Source of the DNA: Pseudomonadota bacterium
GTDB taxonomy: Bacteria; Myxococcota; JACRCW01; JAFGSX01
DNA length: 60,369 nt
NCBI GenBank assembly: GCA_043821645.1
Contig: JBDRCO010000106.1
Location: forward strand, 1-60,369
Direction of reading: 5' to 3'
A model generated the notes under the pieces. The model made no database searches and had not been told where the DNA came from. It saw only the letters and a program-made list of their open reading frames with translations. Position 1 is the first letter of the stretch. Every line of letters begins with the position of its first letter. Of this stretch, positions 1 through 9,510 are shown in pieces. Made by a program: the position numbers and the translations under genes.

Positions 1-1710
1 GCGGCGGCCGGGATCGCCCTGCGCTTCGAGCGGGACGGCGCACGTCTGTACGTCGAGAACATGCACGCCGTGGTACGCGTGACCGCACTGCAGCTCGAGG
101 AGACCTTCAGCCAGGCCGAGCAATTCGTCGAGCTGCTGGCCCGCACCGAGCTCAGCCGCACCAGTGACGAGGTGGACCTGCGCAACCTGCTGTCCGAGGT
201 GACCTCGGCGCTGCGGCAACAAGGGGCCATGGCCACCCTGGCCCTGCGCGACGACAAGACGGTGGTCGATCTGGCGGATCAGCTCTCTGTCGACGAGGGG
301 GCACTGCTTCGCGAGGCGCGAGCTGCCTGTCCTGCCCAGCCAGGCAAGCTGTGCATCTCCCACGTGTTCGACGCGCTCGGGCGACACCTGGTGGTGGTGT
401 CCAGCCGCCATGACAACGACGCGGACAACGAGCACAACGTCTATGCCGTGATCATCAACTGGGAGCGCGTGGGTCGTCGTATCACCCAGGAAACCCGGCT
501 CGACGCCTGGAGCAAGGGCTTCGTGCTCGACGGCGATGGCACCCTGCTGGCCTGGCCAGACGACACCAAGCTCCCCGGGTTCAAGGCAGTGGACACCGAG
601 GCGGGCTGCGCCCAGTGCCACCACGACCAGGGTTCCGAGCTGGGCATGTCCTGGAACGATCAGACGCGCATCGCCACCATCAGCATCCAGCAGCGAGCGC
701 ACCTGGTGGCCACCGAGCCTGTGCCTGTCGGCGGCGGCCGCATGTTCGTGGGCATGGTCGCCCCGCGCAGCGCCGCCCTGGGGCGCATCGGCCCGGTGCT
801 GCGATGGGGGCTGCCGCTGTTGCTGGCGCTGGTCGTGCTGCTCGCGTTCATCGTGTACAGGCTGCACCGCCTGGGCACGAGCCAGGTTCGCGCCTTCGCC
901 GAGATCAACCAGGCCGTACGCCAGCTCAACGAGGAACTGGAGCACAAGGTGGCCGCGCGCACCGCCCTGCTCGAGCAGGCCAACGCCCGCGAGCAAGAAC
1001 TGCTGCGGCAGCATTCGACCCTGGACCGGCTGTCGGCAGTGGGCGAGCTGGCCGCGGCCTTCGCGCACGAGGTGCGCACCCCACTCAATGCTCTGTCCAT
1101 CGCCGCCCAGCGCCTGGGGCGACTGGCGCGTCGTGACGAGGGCATCGACCCCGCGGCGGCGGAGGAGATCCTGCAATCGCAACAGGGCGCCGTGCAGATG
1201 ATCAACGGCTACGTCGAGAACTACCTGGCCTTCACGCGCAAGGCGCGCGCCGTGGTGCACGACGAGGTGCTGGTGACCGACCTGCGTCTGCTGGCCCGCG
1301 AGGTCTTTGGCTACGTGCGGCCCGAGGCCGAGCGCAACGGCGTCGAACTGCACGCCCACGACGTGCCCGAGGACCTGCGCTTCCGCCTCGATCAGGGCAA
1401 GCTGCGCCACGTGCTGGTCAATCTGGTGCTCAACGCGGTCCAGGCACAGCCAGGGGGAGGCTCGGTGCTGGTCCGCGCCCAGTGCGTCGACGAAGCCTTG
1501 ATCATCGATGTGCATGACAGAGGCCCGGGGATCCCCGAAGACACGGTGGCCACCATCTTCGAGCCCTTCATGTCCTACCGCGAGGGCGGCACCGGGCTGG
1601 GACTCGCCATCTGCCACCGTCTGGCGCAGGAGGACGGGGCCAGCATCGTCTACCTGCCCGGTGACGACGGTGGGGCGACCTTCCGCGTGACCTGGCCGGT
1701 GCGCGCGTGA
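1..1710 (+). CDS. Membrane sensor histidine kinase with a periplasmic heme-c motif; 5' end truncated by the window
   Basis: Frame is open from base 1. Periplasmic Cache-like region contains CAQCH (607-621), then a TM helix (WGLPLLLALVVLLAFIVY), H-box AHEVRTPL, N-box NLVLNA, D-box DRGPGI and G2 GTGLGL. Confidence 0.92.
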   Translation, partial: AAAGIALRFERDGARLYVENMHAVVRVTALQLEETFSQAEQFVELLARTELSRTSDEVDLRNLLSEVTSALRQQGAMATLALRDDKTVVDLADQLSVDEGALLREARAACPAQPGKLCISHVFDALGRHLVVVSSRHDNDADNEHNVYAVIINWERVGRRITQETRLDAWSKGFVLDGDGTLLAWPDDTKLPGFKAVDTEAGCAQCHHDQGSELGMSWNDQTRIATISIQQRAHLVATEPVPVGGGRMFVGMVAPRSAALGRIGPVLRWGLPLLLALVVLLAFIVYRLHRLGTSQVRAFAEINQAVRQLNEELEHKVAARTALLEQANAREQELLRQHSTLDRLSAVGELAAAFAHEVRTPLNALSIAAQRLGRLARRDEGIDPAAAEEILQSQQGAVQMINGYVENYLAFTRKARAVVHDEVLVTDLRLLAREVFGYVRPEAERNGVELHAHDVPEDLRFRLDQGKLRHVLVNLVLNAVQAQPGGGSVLVRAQCVDEALIIDVHDRGPGIPEDTVATIFEPFMSYREGGTGLGLAICHRLAQEDGASIVYLPGDDGGATFRVTWPVRA

Positions 1711-1794
1711 TAGGCCATTTTTGGTGACATTGTGGCAGCGTGCGGCTTCCCGCCGGATCCGCCGTGGCCAGGACACCGAGTCGAGGACACCGCC

Positions 1795-3159
1795 GTGAGC
1801 CTGATCCTGTTCGTCGATGACGACGCCACCACCCGCAGCCAGCTCAAGCAGGCGCTGGAGGAGAGCGGTCACGAGGTGCTGGTGGCCGCCAGTGGCGACG
1901 AGGCCATCGCGCGCCTGCCCACCGCGGATCTGGATCTGGTGATCAGTGACCTGCGCATGGGAACGGTCGACGGGCTGGCGGTGCTTGACGCGGTGCGATC
2001 TCAGCGTCCCGAGACCCCGGTGGTGATCCTCACCGGCCAGGGTTCCATCGACACCGCGGTCGAGGCCATGCGCCGCGGCGCCGTGGACTACCTGACCAAG
2101 CCGGTCAACCTCGACAGGCTGGACCTGGTGATCGTCAAGGCGCTGGCCAGCCGTCGCCTGCTGCGGGAAAACGCGGAGCTGCGGCGCCAGCTTGCCGGCC
2201 GCGGGGGGCTGCGCCCGCTACTGGGTGGCTCACTGCCCATGCAGCGGCTCAAGGCCGACATCGACCGCATCGCCGGCACCGTGGCTACGGTGCTGTTGCT
2301 CGGTGAGAGCGGCACGGGCAAAGAGCTGGCTGCCGAGGCTATACACCGCAACAGTTCGCGGGCAGAGCACCCCCTGATCAAGGTCAACTGCGCGGCCCTG
2401 TCCGAGGGCCTGCTGGAAAGCGAGCTGTTCGGCCACGAGCGCGGTGCTTACACCGGTGCCCACCGCAGCCGCGAGGGACGCTTCGAGGCAGCGGAGGGCG
2501 GCAGCATCTTCCTCGACGAGATCGGCGACCTCAGCGTGGCCTCACAGCTCAAGCTGCTGCGCGTGTTGCAGGAGCGCACCGTCGAGCGCGTGGGCGCCAA
2601 CGCCACGATTCCCGTGGACGTGCGCGTGATCGCCGCCACCAACAAGGACCTGCAGGCCGCGGTGCGGGACGGCAGCTTCCGCGAGGAACTCTATTACAGG
2701 CTGAGCGTCGTCACCCTGCGCTTGCCCGCCCTGCGCGACCGGCACGAGGATCTCGAGCTGCTGCTCGAGGCCTTCTTGCAGGAGTTCAACGCAATCCATG
2801 GCCGCCAGGTGCAACGGCTCAGTGGCGCCGCCCTGCAGCGCCTGCGCGCCTACGCCTGGCCAGGCAACGTCCGCGAGTTGCGCAACTGCATGGAATCCCT
2901 CGTGGTCATGGCTCGCGGCGAGAGCATCGAACTCGCCGATCTGCCTGATCACCTGCGCGCCACCGAGGCAGGCACAGATCAGTTCAGCATTCCTCTGGGC
3001 CGCACCCTTGATGACGTCGAGCGCGAGTACATCCTGCGCACCTTGAGCAGCGTGGTCGGCAACAAGGCGCGCGCCGCCCGGGTGCTCGGGATCGGCGCCA
3101 AGACCCTGTACCGCAAGCTGCACGACTACGGTTTCGTGTTCGAGGACAGGGACGGGTGA
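1795..3159 (+). CDS. Sigma54-dependent response regulator (NtrC/AtoC family: REC-AAA+-Fis HTH)
   Basis: REC domain (VDDD, DLRM, KP), Walker A GESGTGKE, GAYTGA loop, [14 protein letters not shown] and C-terminal HTH. GTG at 1795 follows a GAGGA RBS; the ORF-track start is 1732. Confidence 0.95.
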   Translation: MSLILFVDDDATTRSQLKQALEESGHEVLVAASGDEAIARLPTADLDLVISDLRMGTVDGLAVLDAVRSQRPETPVVILTGQGSIDTAVEAMRRGAVDYLTKPVNLDRLDLVIVKALASRRLLRENAELRRQLAGRGGLRPLLGGSLPMQRLKADIDRIAGTVATVLLLGESGTGKELAAEAIHRNSSRAEHPLIKVNCAALSEGLLESELFGHERGAYTGAHRSREGRFEAAEGGSIFLDEIGDLSVASQLKLLRVLQERTVERVGANATIPVDVRVIAATNKDLQAAVRDGSFREELYYRLSVVTLRLPALRDRHEDLELLLEAFLQEFNAIHGRQVQRLSGAALQRLRAYAWPGNVRELRNCMESLVVMARGESIELADLPDHLRATEAGTDQFSIPLGRTLDDVEREYILRTLSSVVGNKARAARVLGIGAKTLYRKLHDYGFVFEDRDG

Positions 3160-3428
3160 TTTTTTTTCTGCCCACTCCTGTCGCCCCAGTGTCATGGGGC
3201 ATCCTCCCGAAGTGAGTCAAATTGACATGACACTGAAAATTATCCCTACAAGTCCTCTGTCTTTTTGACAGTCATTGTAATCATTTTTCATTTTGCATGA
3301 TACACCCTGAGTGGCTATCTAATTTTTTTATGCACGTTACCTAAAAAAACAACATTGCCAGACTAGGAATTCGCAGAGAGATTGCCCCCCAATACGGTCG
3401 GCAAAAAAGCCGCGATGAGGAGGTTCTT
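3160..3428 (+). promoter_or_regulatory. AT-rich regulatory region upstream of the cytochrome cluster, with two GTC-N5-GAC palindromes
   Basis: Sharp GC drop. GTCAAATTGAC at 3216-3226 and TGTCTTTTTGACA at 3258-3270. 10-bp inverted repeat CAGTGTCATG (3187-3196) / CATGACACTG (3226-3235). AGGAGG RBS before the GTG at 3429. Confidence 0.6.
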
Positions 3429-6104
3429 GTGAGGAAGCATTTTGTTGTGAGCATCGTGGCCTCTGGCCTCGTGCTGATGGCCTGCGAAGGCCCGGCCGGG
3501 CCGGCAGGCGCAAACGGAACCAATGGCAACGGCGGCGCGCCCTGTTACGAGGGCCTGACCGATCAGAACGGCGACGGCACCGTCGACGTTCTGGATTGCC
3601 GGGGCCAGGATGGCACCAATGGTAACAACGGCACCAATGGCACCAACGGCACCAACGGCAACAATGGCAGCAACGGCATGGACGGGATCTGGCAGGGCAA
3701 CCTGTCCGGCACCGTGACCAACGCCCTGAGCAACGCCGCCATGCAGGACGTGGCCGTGGACCTGGACCCCATGCCCGCGTCCGCCACCATGGCGCACACC
3801 GACGCCAGTGGCATGTACGGCTTTGACCTGCCCATCGGCGTGTACATGGTCACCTTCTCGGCCACCGGCTACCCGGACGTGACCGAGATGGTCTCCATCG
3901 TCGCCAATGCCACCGTCATGCTGGACGTGGCCCTGTCGCCCACCGCTCCCTTCGTGGTCAGCATTGCGGCACCCACGGCAACCGCGCCGGGCGGCACCGC
4001 CACCCTGACCGCGACCGCCACCGCCTACAACGGCGCCAGCGCGCCGACCTATGCGTGGACCCAGACCGCGGGCCCCACGGCCACCATCGCCAACGGCACC
4101 ACCGCGGCGGCCGGGATCACCCTGGCCAACGTGACTGCCTACAAGACCGCCCTGTTCACGCACCTCGAGCGCCATGACCGCAACATGGTCATGGGCATCA
4201 ACCCCTTCGCCCTCGAAGAGGCTGGCCACACCGAGTTCAAGGTCACCGTGACCGCCGGCGGCAGCACCTACACCAAGACCGTCACCATGCCCGTGACCCT
4301 GCCCTGGGCCGTGGCTGCTGGTATCCGTACGATTCCCCGCAATATCCCCGTGCTGCTCAACGCCATGGACTACGGCACCTACGACTGGGCCATCGCCAGC
4401 CAGCCCTCGGGCACCGCCGATGTCCTGGTCGACGCCACCACCCGCAACCCCTACTTCGTGCCCACCAAGGTTGGTGTCTACGACCTGACCGTCAGCGGCG
4501 CCACCATGCACCTGTACGTCGACAACTACAGTGACGGCATCATCACGGGCGTCGGCACCGATGGCCGCCCCACGGTCAGCACCACCTGCACGGGCTGCCA
4601 CGATGACAGCACTGCTCCTGACAAGTTCACCCCCTGGGCCAAGTCCGGCCACGCAGAGATCTTTAGCAGCAACATCGACAACCCGGCCGGTCACTGGGGC
4701 GCTGCCTGCGCCACCTGCCACGGCATCGGCGTCGACGGCAACACCGCCAACGGCGGCATGGACGCCAAGATGGCGACCGCCAACTGGACCGTGCCGTCAC
4801 ACGGCGAGGTGGGCTACTACGAGGACATGTTCGCGGACACCAACCTGGCGCCCATCGCCAAGGCCGCCAACATCCAGTGCGAGAACTGCCACGGCCCGCA
4901 GGGCACTCTGGTTGGCCACAACAAGGTTGGCACCGACCCCATGGCCCGCACCTCCCTCGGCTCCGAGGTCTGCGCCACTTGCCACGGCGAGCCCCTGCGC
5001 CACGCCCGCTTCCAGCAGTGGGAAGAAAGCGGCCACGCCAACTACGAGCTGGCCGGGGAAGAAGGCGACAGCAGCAACTGCGGTCGCTGCCACTCGGCCG
5101 AGGGCTTCTTGGCCTGGCTGCCCGCCCTGCTCGACAACGACCCGACCAATGACACGGACAGCCTGACCGGCTACAGCAACCCCGAGCCGCACCCCCAGAC
5201 CTGCGTGGTCTGCCACGACCCGCACAGCGAGGGAACCACCACCGGCGAGCCCAACAACGCCACCGTGCGCATCACCGGCGACACCGCCAACCTGCTCAGC
5301 GGCTACGGCGCGGTGTACGGCGCTGGCCGTGGCGCCATCTGCATGACCTGCCACAGCGGCCGCCGCGGCCTGCAGAACGACAGCATCCCCCGCAGCGCCA
5401 CCTCCTACAGCACGCCGCACGGCGCCTTTGACGAGAACGGCGGCTATGGCCCGGCCCAGGTCGACGTGCTCATGGGCCAGAACGCCTACTTCACCGACGT
5501 GGGCCAGCGCTCGCCCCACAGCTACATCCAGGACACCTGTGCGTACTGCCACATGGTGGCCACCCCGCCGCCGGCCGAGTACAGCAATGCCCTGTCCGGC
5601 ACCAACCACAGCTTCCGCGCCAGCCTGAGCATCTGCGCGGAGTGCCACGGCGACTACGACGGCGAGGGCCTGCAGAGCGTGGCCAAGGCCCTGGGCAATG
5701 CCCTGCTGGACAAGCTGGGCGCCTCGGCCACGGCCGAGCTGGCCAACCGCTCGCTCAAGTTCTCGACGGGTGGCGGCCACGGCGCGCCCACCGTCGCTTA
5801 CGAGGTGGTCAGCGGCACCATCTCGCACGTCACCATGGGTGACGGCATGATCTTCAACTTCGAGTTCAGCAGCCCGGTGGCGCCGGTGGCCGGCGGCACC
5901 GCCGTGACCACGCTCGAGGGCGTGGGCATCGGCTCGGTCAAGACCATGGGTGACGTCGTTCTGTGGAGCGGCAACAGCAACCTGGTCAAGGCCATGTGGA
6001 ACTACTCCCTGATGCGCATCGACGGTTCCTACGGCGTGCACAACCCGTCGTGGACCCTGGACATGCTGCAGGGTGCCATCGACGCCGACGTGGACCTGCC
6101 GTAA
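3429..6104 (+). CDS. Outer-membrane lipoprotein multiheme cytochrome c (9 CxxCH), OmcB/OmcC-like
   Basis: Lipobox LMAC, collagen-like GxN repeats, DQNGDG Ca-loop and beta-rich N-domains. Heme motifs CTGCH, CATCH, CENCH, CATCH, CGRCH, CVVCH, CMTCH, CAYCH, CAECH. C-terminal DGSYGVHNP motif. Confidence 0.9.
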   Translation: MRKHFVVSIVASGLVLMACEGPAGPAGANGTNGNGGAPCYEGLTDQNGDGTVDVLDCRGQDGTNGNNGTNGTNGTNGNNGSNGMDGIWQGNLSGTVTNALSNAAMQDVAVDLDPMPASATMAHTDASGMYGFDLPIGVYMVTFSATGYPDVTEMVSIVANATVMLDVALSPTAPFVVSIAAPTATAPGGTATLTATATAYNGASAPTYAWTQTAGPTATIANGTTAAAGITLANVTAYKTALFTHLERHDRNMVMGINPFALEEAGHTEFKVTVTAGGSTYTKTVTMPVTLPWAVAAGIRTIPRNIPVLLNAMDYGTYDWAIASQPSGTADVLVDATTRNPYFVPTKVGVYDLTVSGATMHLYVDNYSDGIITGVGTDGRPTVSTTCTGCHDDSTAPDKFTPWAKSGHAEIFSSNIDNPAGHWGAACATCHGIGVDGNTANGGMDAKMATANWTVPSHGEVGYYEDMFADTNLAPIAKAANIQCENCHGPQGTLVGHNKVGTDPMARTSLGSEVCATCHGEPLRHARFQQWEESGHANYELAGEEGDSSNCGRCHSAEGFLAWLPALLDNDPTNDTDSLTGYSNPEPHPQTCVVCHDPHSEGTTTGEPNNATVRITGDTANLLSGYGAVYGAGRGAICMTCHSGRRGLQNDSIPRSATSYSTPHGAFDENGGYGPAQVDVLMGQNAYFTDVGQRSPHSYIQDTCAYCHMVATPPPAEYSNALSGTNHSFRASLSICAECHGDYDGEGLQSVAKALGNALLDKLGASATAELANRSLKFSTGGGHGAPTVAYEVVSGTISHVTMGDGMIFNFEFSSPVAPVAGGTAVTTLEGVGIGSVKTMGDVVLWSGNSNLVKAMWNYSLMRIDGSYGVHNPSWTLDMLQGAIDADVDLP

Positions 6105-6114
6105 CGACGACTCC

Positions 6115-6152
6115 AGGCGCGGGGCAGGCCGTCATGCCCCCGCCTTCTTTCT
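6115..6152 (+). terminator. Putative intrinsic terminator after the first cytochrome gene
   Basis: Stem AGGCG(C)GGGGCA / TGCCCCCGCCT followed by a pyrimidine/T-rich tail TCTTTCTCT. Confidence 0.55.
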
Positions 6153-6371
6153 CTCCCCTTCACTTCATCGCCTGACCACGACGCTCGACAGAGCGCGGGC
6201 GGGACTCCTCTCTTGCGGTCTGGATGCTTGCCGCACCAGGTCACTTGTGCGCGCGTTTGACCCGGGACCTGGCGAACGACTTCTGTTACAGTGACGGCCT
6301 TCGACACGAAGAGAGTTCGCTAGAAATGAAGCCGCGGGTCGTGACACAAGCACGACCTGTTCTCGTTGTGA

Positions 6372-6387
6372 TGGTGCGATTATTGCG
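6372..6387 (+). promoter_or_regulatory. Putative sigma54 -24/-12 promoter
   Basis: TGGTGCGATTATTGCG matches TGGCACG-N4-TTGC with exact GG-N10-GC spacing, about 50 bp before the ATG at 6439 (AGGAG RBS). Confidence 0.65.
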
Positions 6388-6438
6388 TCCAATCACGACG
6401 AGAAACGGTAACGACGTGACTCACGAAGGAGCACGACA

Positions 6439-7974
6439 ATGATCAGACGGATAGGCATCGCGTGTATGGGTGTGCTGGTGCTGGTGGCCTGTGGACAGGA
6501 AGGCCCCGAAGGCGCTGCGGGCAAGAACGGCGTGGCTGGTGACCCGGGCACCCCCTGCTACGAGGGTCTGACGGACCAGAATGGCGACGGCATCGTCGAC
6601 GTTCTCGACTGCCGAGGCAGCAACGGCCAGAACGGCGGCAACGGTCAGAACGGCAGCGACGGTCAGGCCTGCTGGGACCTCAACGGCAATGGCGTCGCTG
6701 ACGTGCTCACCGAGGACGCCAACGCCGACGGTCTGGTCGATGTGCTGGACTGCCGCGGCACCAACGGCAGCGACGGCCAGGACTACCAGCCGCCGACCTA
6801 CGTGGGCTGGGAAGCCTGCGCCACCTGCCACCAGGCGCTGTACGACAAGGTCGCGCGAAGTGGCCACGGCAATGCCCTGCGCGGCGTCAGCGGCGTGCGC
6901 CCGCCCAACCTGCAGCAGAACCTGAACATGACCGAGCGTCCGGCCAACGGCAACGCACCCACGGATCCGCCGGCCGGGTACACCTGGGCCGACATTTCCT
7001 ACCTGATCGGCGGCTGGGGCTGGATGGTCCGCTTCGTCGACCAGCAGGGTTACGTGATCACCTGCCCGAAGGGCGACACCGACTCCGACGGCGACGGCTT
7101 CTGCGACATCGAGTGCGGCGGCACTGCCCTCACGAGCTGCGGATCACCCGGCACGGACTTCGCCGACCAGTGGAACCTGGCCACCGACGCCAAGGTGCCC
7201 TACGAGCGCGGCACCTACCAGAAGACCTTTGACTGCGCCCCCTGCCACACCACGGGCTTCGATCCCACCCTGCCCACCCTCGACGCCAGCGGCAACATCA
7301 TGCACGGCATCCTGGGTTCCTGGAAGGAAGAGGGCGTCACCTGCGAGCGTTGCCACGGCCCGGGCAGCCGCCACATCGGCAACCCCCGCCACGAGGGCAT
7401 GGTCATCGAGCGCGACGCCGAGCTCTGCGGCGAGTGCCACACCTATGGCACCCTGGGCCAGGTCGCGGCCACCGTCGACGGCTTCGTCGAGCACACCGCC
7501 CAGTTCAACGAGCTGTACACCAGCAAGAAGTTCGTGATGCGCTGCATCGACTGCCACGACCCGCACCAGAGCGCACACTTCGCGGACAACACGCACAACC
7601 CGAACCGTAGCGTCAACCGGAGCTGTGAGGTCTGCCACTTCGAGCAGAAGGCCCGCCAGAACGACCTCGCGGGCACGGGCACGTCGTTGATGGCCTCGAT
7701 GGTCACGTGCGTGGACTGCCACATGCCCTACCTGGTCAAGTCAGCCGAAGCCAATGCCACACCCTACAAGGCGGACATGCGAAGCCACCTGTTCGCCATC
7801 AACACCGATGTGGCCGCGCCGCAGCTGGCCAGTGGCGGCAGCCTGGTCAACCCCTACCTCACGCTGACCACCGTCTGCCGCTCGTGCCACAAGCTGAACC
7901 CCACGGACACTCAGCCCTGGAGCGTCAAGAGCGATGCCGAGCTGACGCAGTCTGCGGCTGGCTACCACGACTGA
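6439..7974 (+). CDS. Lipoprotein octaheme cytochrome c (8 CxxCH)
   Basis: Lipobox LVAC, collagen-like stretch and several Dx[DN]xDG loops. Heme motifs CATCH, CAPCH, CERCH, CGECH, CIDCH, CEVCH, CVDCH, CRSCH. Confidence 0.9.
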   Translation: MIRRIGIACMGVLVLVACGQEGPEGAAGKNGVAGDPGTPCYEGLTDQNGDGIVDVLDCRGSNGQNGGNGQNGSDGQACWDLNGNGVADVLTEDANADGLVDVLDCRGTNGSDGQDYQPPTYVGWEACATCHQALYDKVARSGHGNALRGVSGVRPPNLQQNLNMTERPANGNAPTDPPAGYTWADISYLIGGWGWMVRFVDQQGYVITCPKGDTDSDGDGFCDIECGGTALTSCGSPGTDFADQWNLATDAKVPYERGTYQKTFDCAPCHTTGFDPTLPTLDASGNIMHGILGSWKEEGVTCERCHGPGSRHIGNPRHEGMVIERDAELCGECHTYGTLGQVAATVDGFVEHTAQFNELYTSKKFVMRCIDCHDPHQSAHFADNTHNPNRSVNRSCEVCHFEQKARQNDLAGTGTSLMASMVTCVDCHMPYLVKSAEANATPYKADMRSHLFAINTDVAAPQLASGGSLVNPYLTLTTVCRSCHKLNPTDTQPWSVKSDAELTQSAAGYHD

Positions 7975-8047
7975 GCGACGCTGTTCGCGCGGGTGTGCGC
8001 GGGCCTCGTCGAGGGCCGGCCCGACACGCACCGCAGCGGGAGATGCG

Positions 8048-9502
8048 ATGAGACGATCCACGGTGCTGTTGTGCAGCGGCCTGGCCTGGATCCTGTGCAG
8101 CGCGGACGCGAACGCCCAGGACGCCCAGCCGGCCGAGGTGGTGCACGTCGACGAGGACGGCACACCGACCCCGGAGGCTGGCGCGGAGTCCAGCGCCGCC
8201 GAGCCCGCCGCCACGGCCAGCGCCGAGATCGACAGCGGCCCGGGCTGGCAGCTGCGCTTCTTCGCCGACGAGGAGGCGCGGGTGCGCGTGGCCATCGCCC
8301 CCGACGAGACCGACATCGACGGCAGGCTGTACCTCGACGCCAGTGTGGCCGACCCCGAGGATCACTTCGGTGGCGCCGCGGCCCTGGGTCTGTGGGCCGA
8401 CTTCGATGGCGTGAACCACCCGGCCAACCCCAGCGGCTTCACCGAGATTCACGAGCCGCGCAGTCTGCCCGCGTGGGTCGATGTGTACAGCCTGCACGCG
8501 CGTTACCAGTCGCATGACATGGTGCGCCAGGTGCGTGCTGGCCGTCTGGTGGTTCAGCACGGCCTGCCCCTGACCGTCGACGGGGCTCACGTGGCACTGG
8601 CCCCTCTGGGCCCGATGCTCGAGATCTTCGCCTTTGGCGGCCGCTCGGTGCACTTCTTCGAGGTGAGCCAGGACCTGTTCGAGGACTGGATTGCCTCGGT
8701 GGGCGTGGCCAGCGAGCCCCTGCACGGGCTCAAGCTCGAGCTCGACTACGCCTTTCACGTCGAGGACACCGAGAACGAGCAGGGCCTGCAGGAACACAGC
8801 TACGGTCTGACGGGCTGGTATCGGCTGGACGACTGGCTGGGCGTGCGCGGCTACGTGCGCGGCCTCGACGCCGAGCTGTCCCACGTCGGTGGCGCGGTGC
8901 GCGGTCGCTGGGCCGAGCAGGACCTGGGCGCCGAGCTCAGCGTGCAGGCCCAGACCGTGGAGCTGGGCGAACTCAGCGAGGTGGCAGATCCCTATTTCAC
9001 AACCCTGGGCAAGAGCCTTCCTTACCTGCGCTGGCGGCTGGACCTGTTCAAGGGCTTCGATACCGAGGTCGGCAGCTATGCCCTGCACCTGGGCAGCGAC
9101 GGCCGCCACGTGCTCAGCGACGAGGAGAGCCGCTTCAACCGCACCTTCAACCGCATCTACGCCATGGCCACGGCCACCGACATCGTCATCCACGGGCCCT
9201 TTGCCTCGCTGACCCTGGCGCGGCACTCGGTGGACTACGACTTCGCTGGCGACGGCCTGTGGAGTGTGAGCGGGGCCGCTGGCTACGCGGACAGGAGCCT
9301 GCGCGCCGAGGTCGGCTCCAGCTACGACATGTACAAGTACACCTACTACTTCAGCGTCGACGAGATCCAGGACGTGCGCACGGTCTACGCCGAGCTGCGC
9401 TACAAGCCCTGGGACTTCTTGGCGCTCAAGGCGCGCTACCAGTACGAGCTCTTCGCCTGGGACATCCACACCGTCACCGTTGGCGTGAGCCAGGTCTTTT
9501 GA
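8048..9502 (+). CDS. Putative outer-membrane beta-barrel porin of a porin-cytochrome complex
   Basis: Signal peptide, alternating amphipathic strands rich in Y/W/F, and terminal VTVGVSQVF with C-terminal Phe (BAM signal). Flanked by multiheme cytochromes. Confidence 0.75.
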   Translation: MRRSTVLLCSGLAWILCSADANAQDAQPAEVVHVDEDGTPTPEAGAESSAAEPAATASAEIDSGPGWQLRFFADEEARVRVAIAPDETDIDGRLYLDASVADPEDHFGGAAALGLWADFDGVNHPANPSGFTEIHEPRSLPAWVDVYSLHARYQSHDMVRQVRAGRLVVQHGLPLTVDGAHVALAPLGPMLEIFAFGGRSVHFFEVSQDLFEDWIASVGVASEPLHGLKLELDYAFHVEDTENEQGLQEHSYGLTGWYRLDDWLGVRGYVRGLDAELSHVGGAVRGRWAEQDLGAELSVQAQTVELGELSEVADPYFTTLGKSLPYLRWRLDLFKGFDTEVGSYALHLGSDGRHVLSDEESRFNRTFNRIYAMATATDIVIHGPFASLTLARHSVDYDFAGDGLWSVSGAAGYADRSLRAEVGSSYDMYKYTYYFSVDEIQDVRTVYAELRYKPWDFLALKARYQYELFAWDIHTVTVGVSQVF

Positions 9503-9510
9503 GGCGAGCC

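Noticed and set aside
3399-3414. GG-N10-GC spacing (CGGCAAAAAAGCCGC) as a sigma54 promoter for the first cytochrome
   Set aside because: Poor match at -12, and the implied TSS would fall within or after the RBS.
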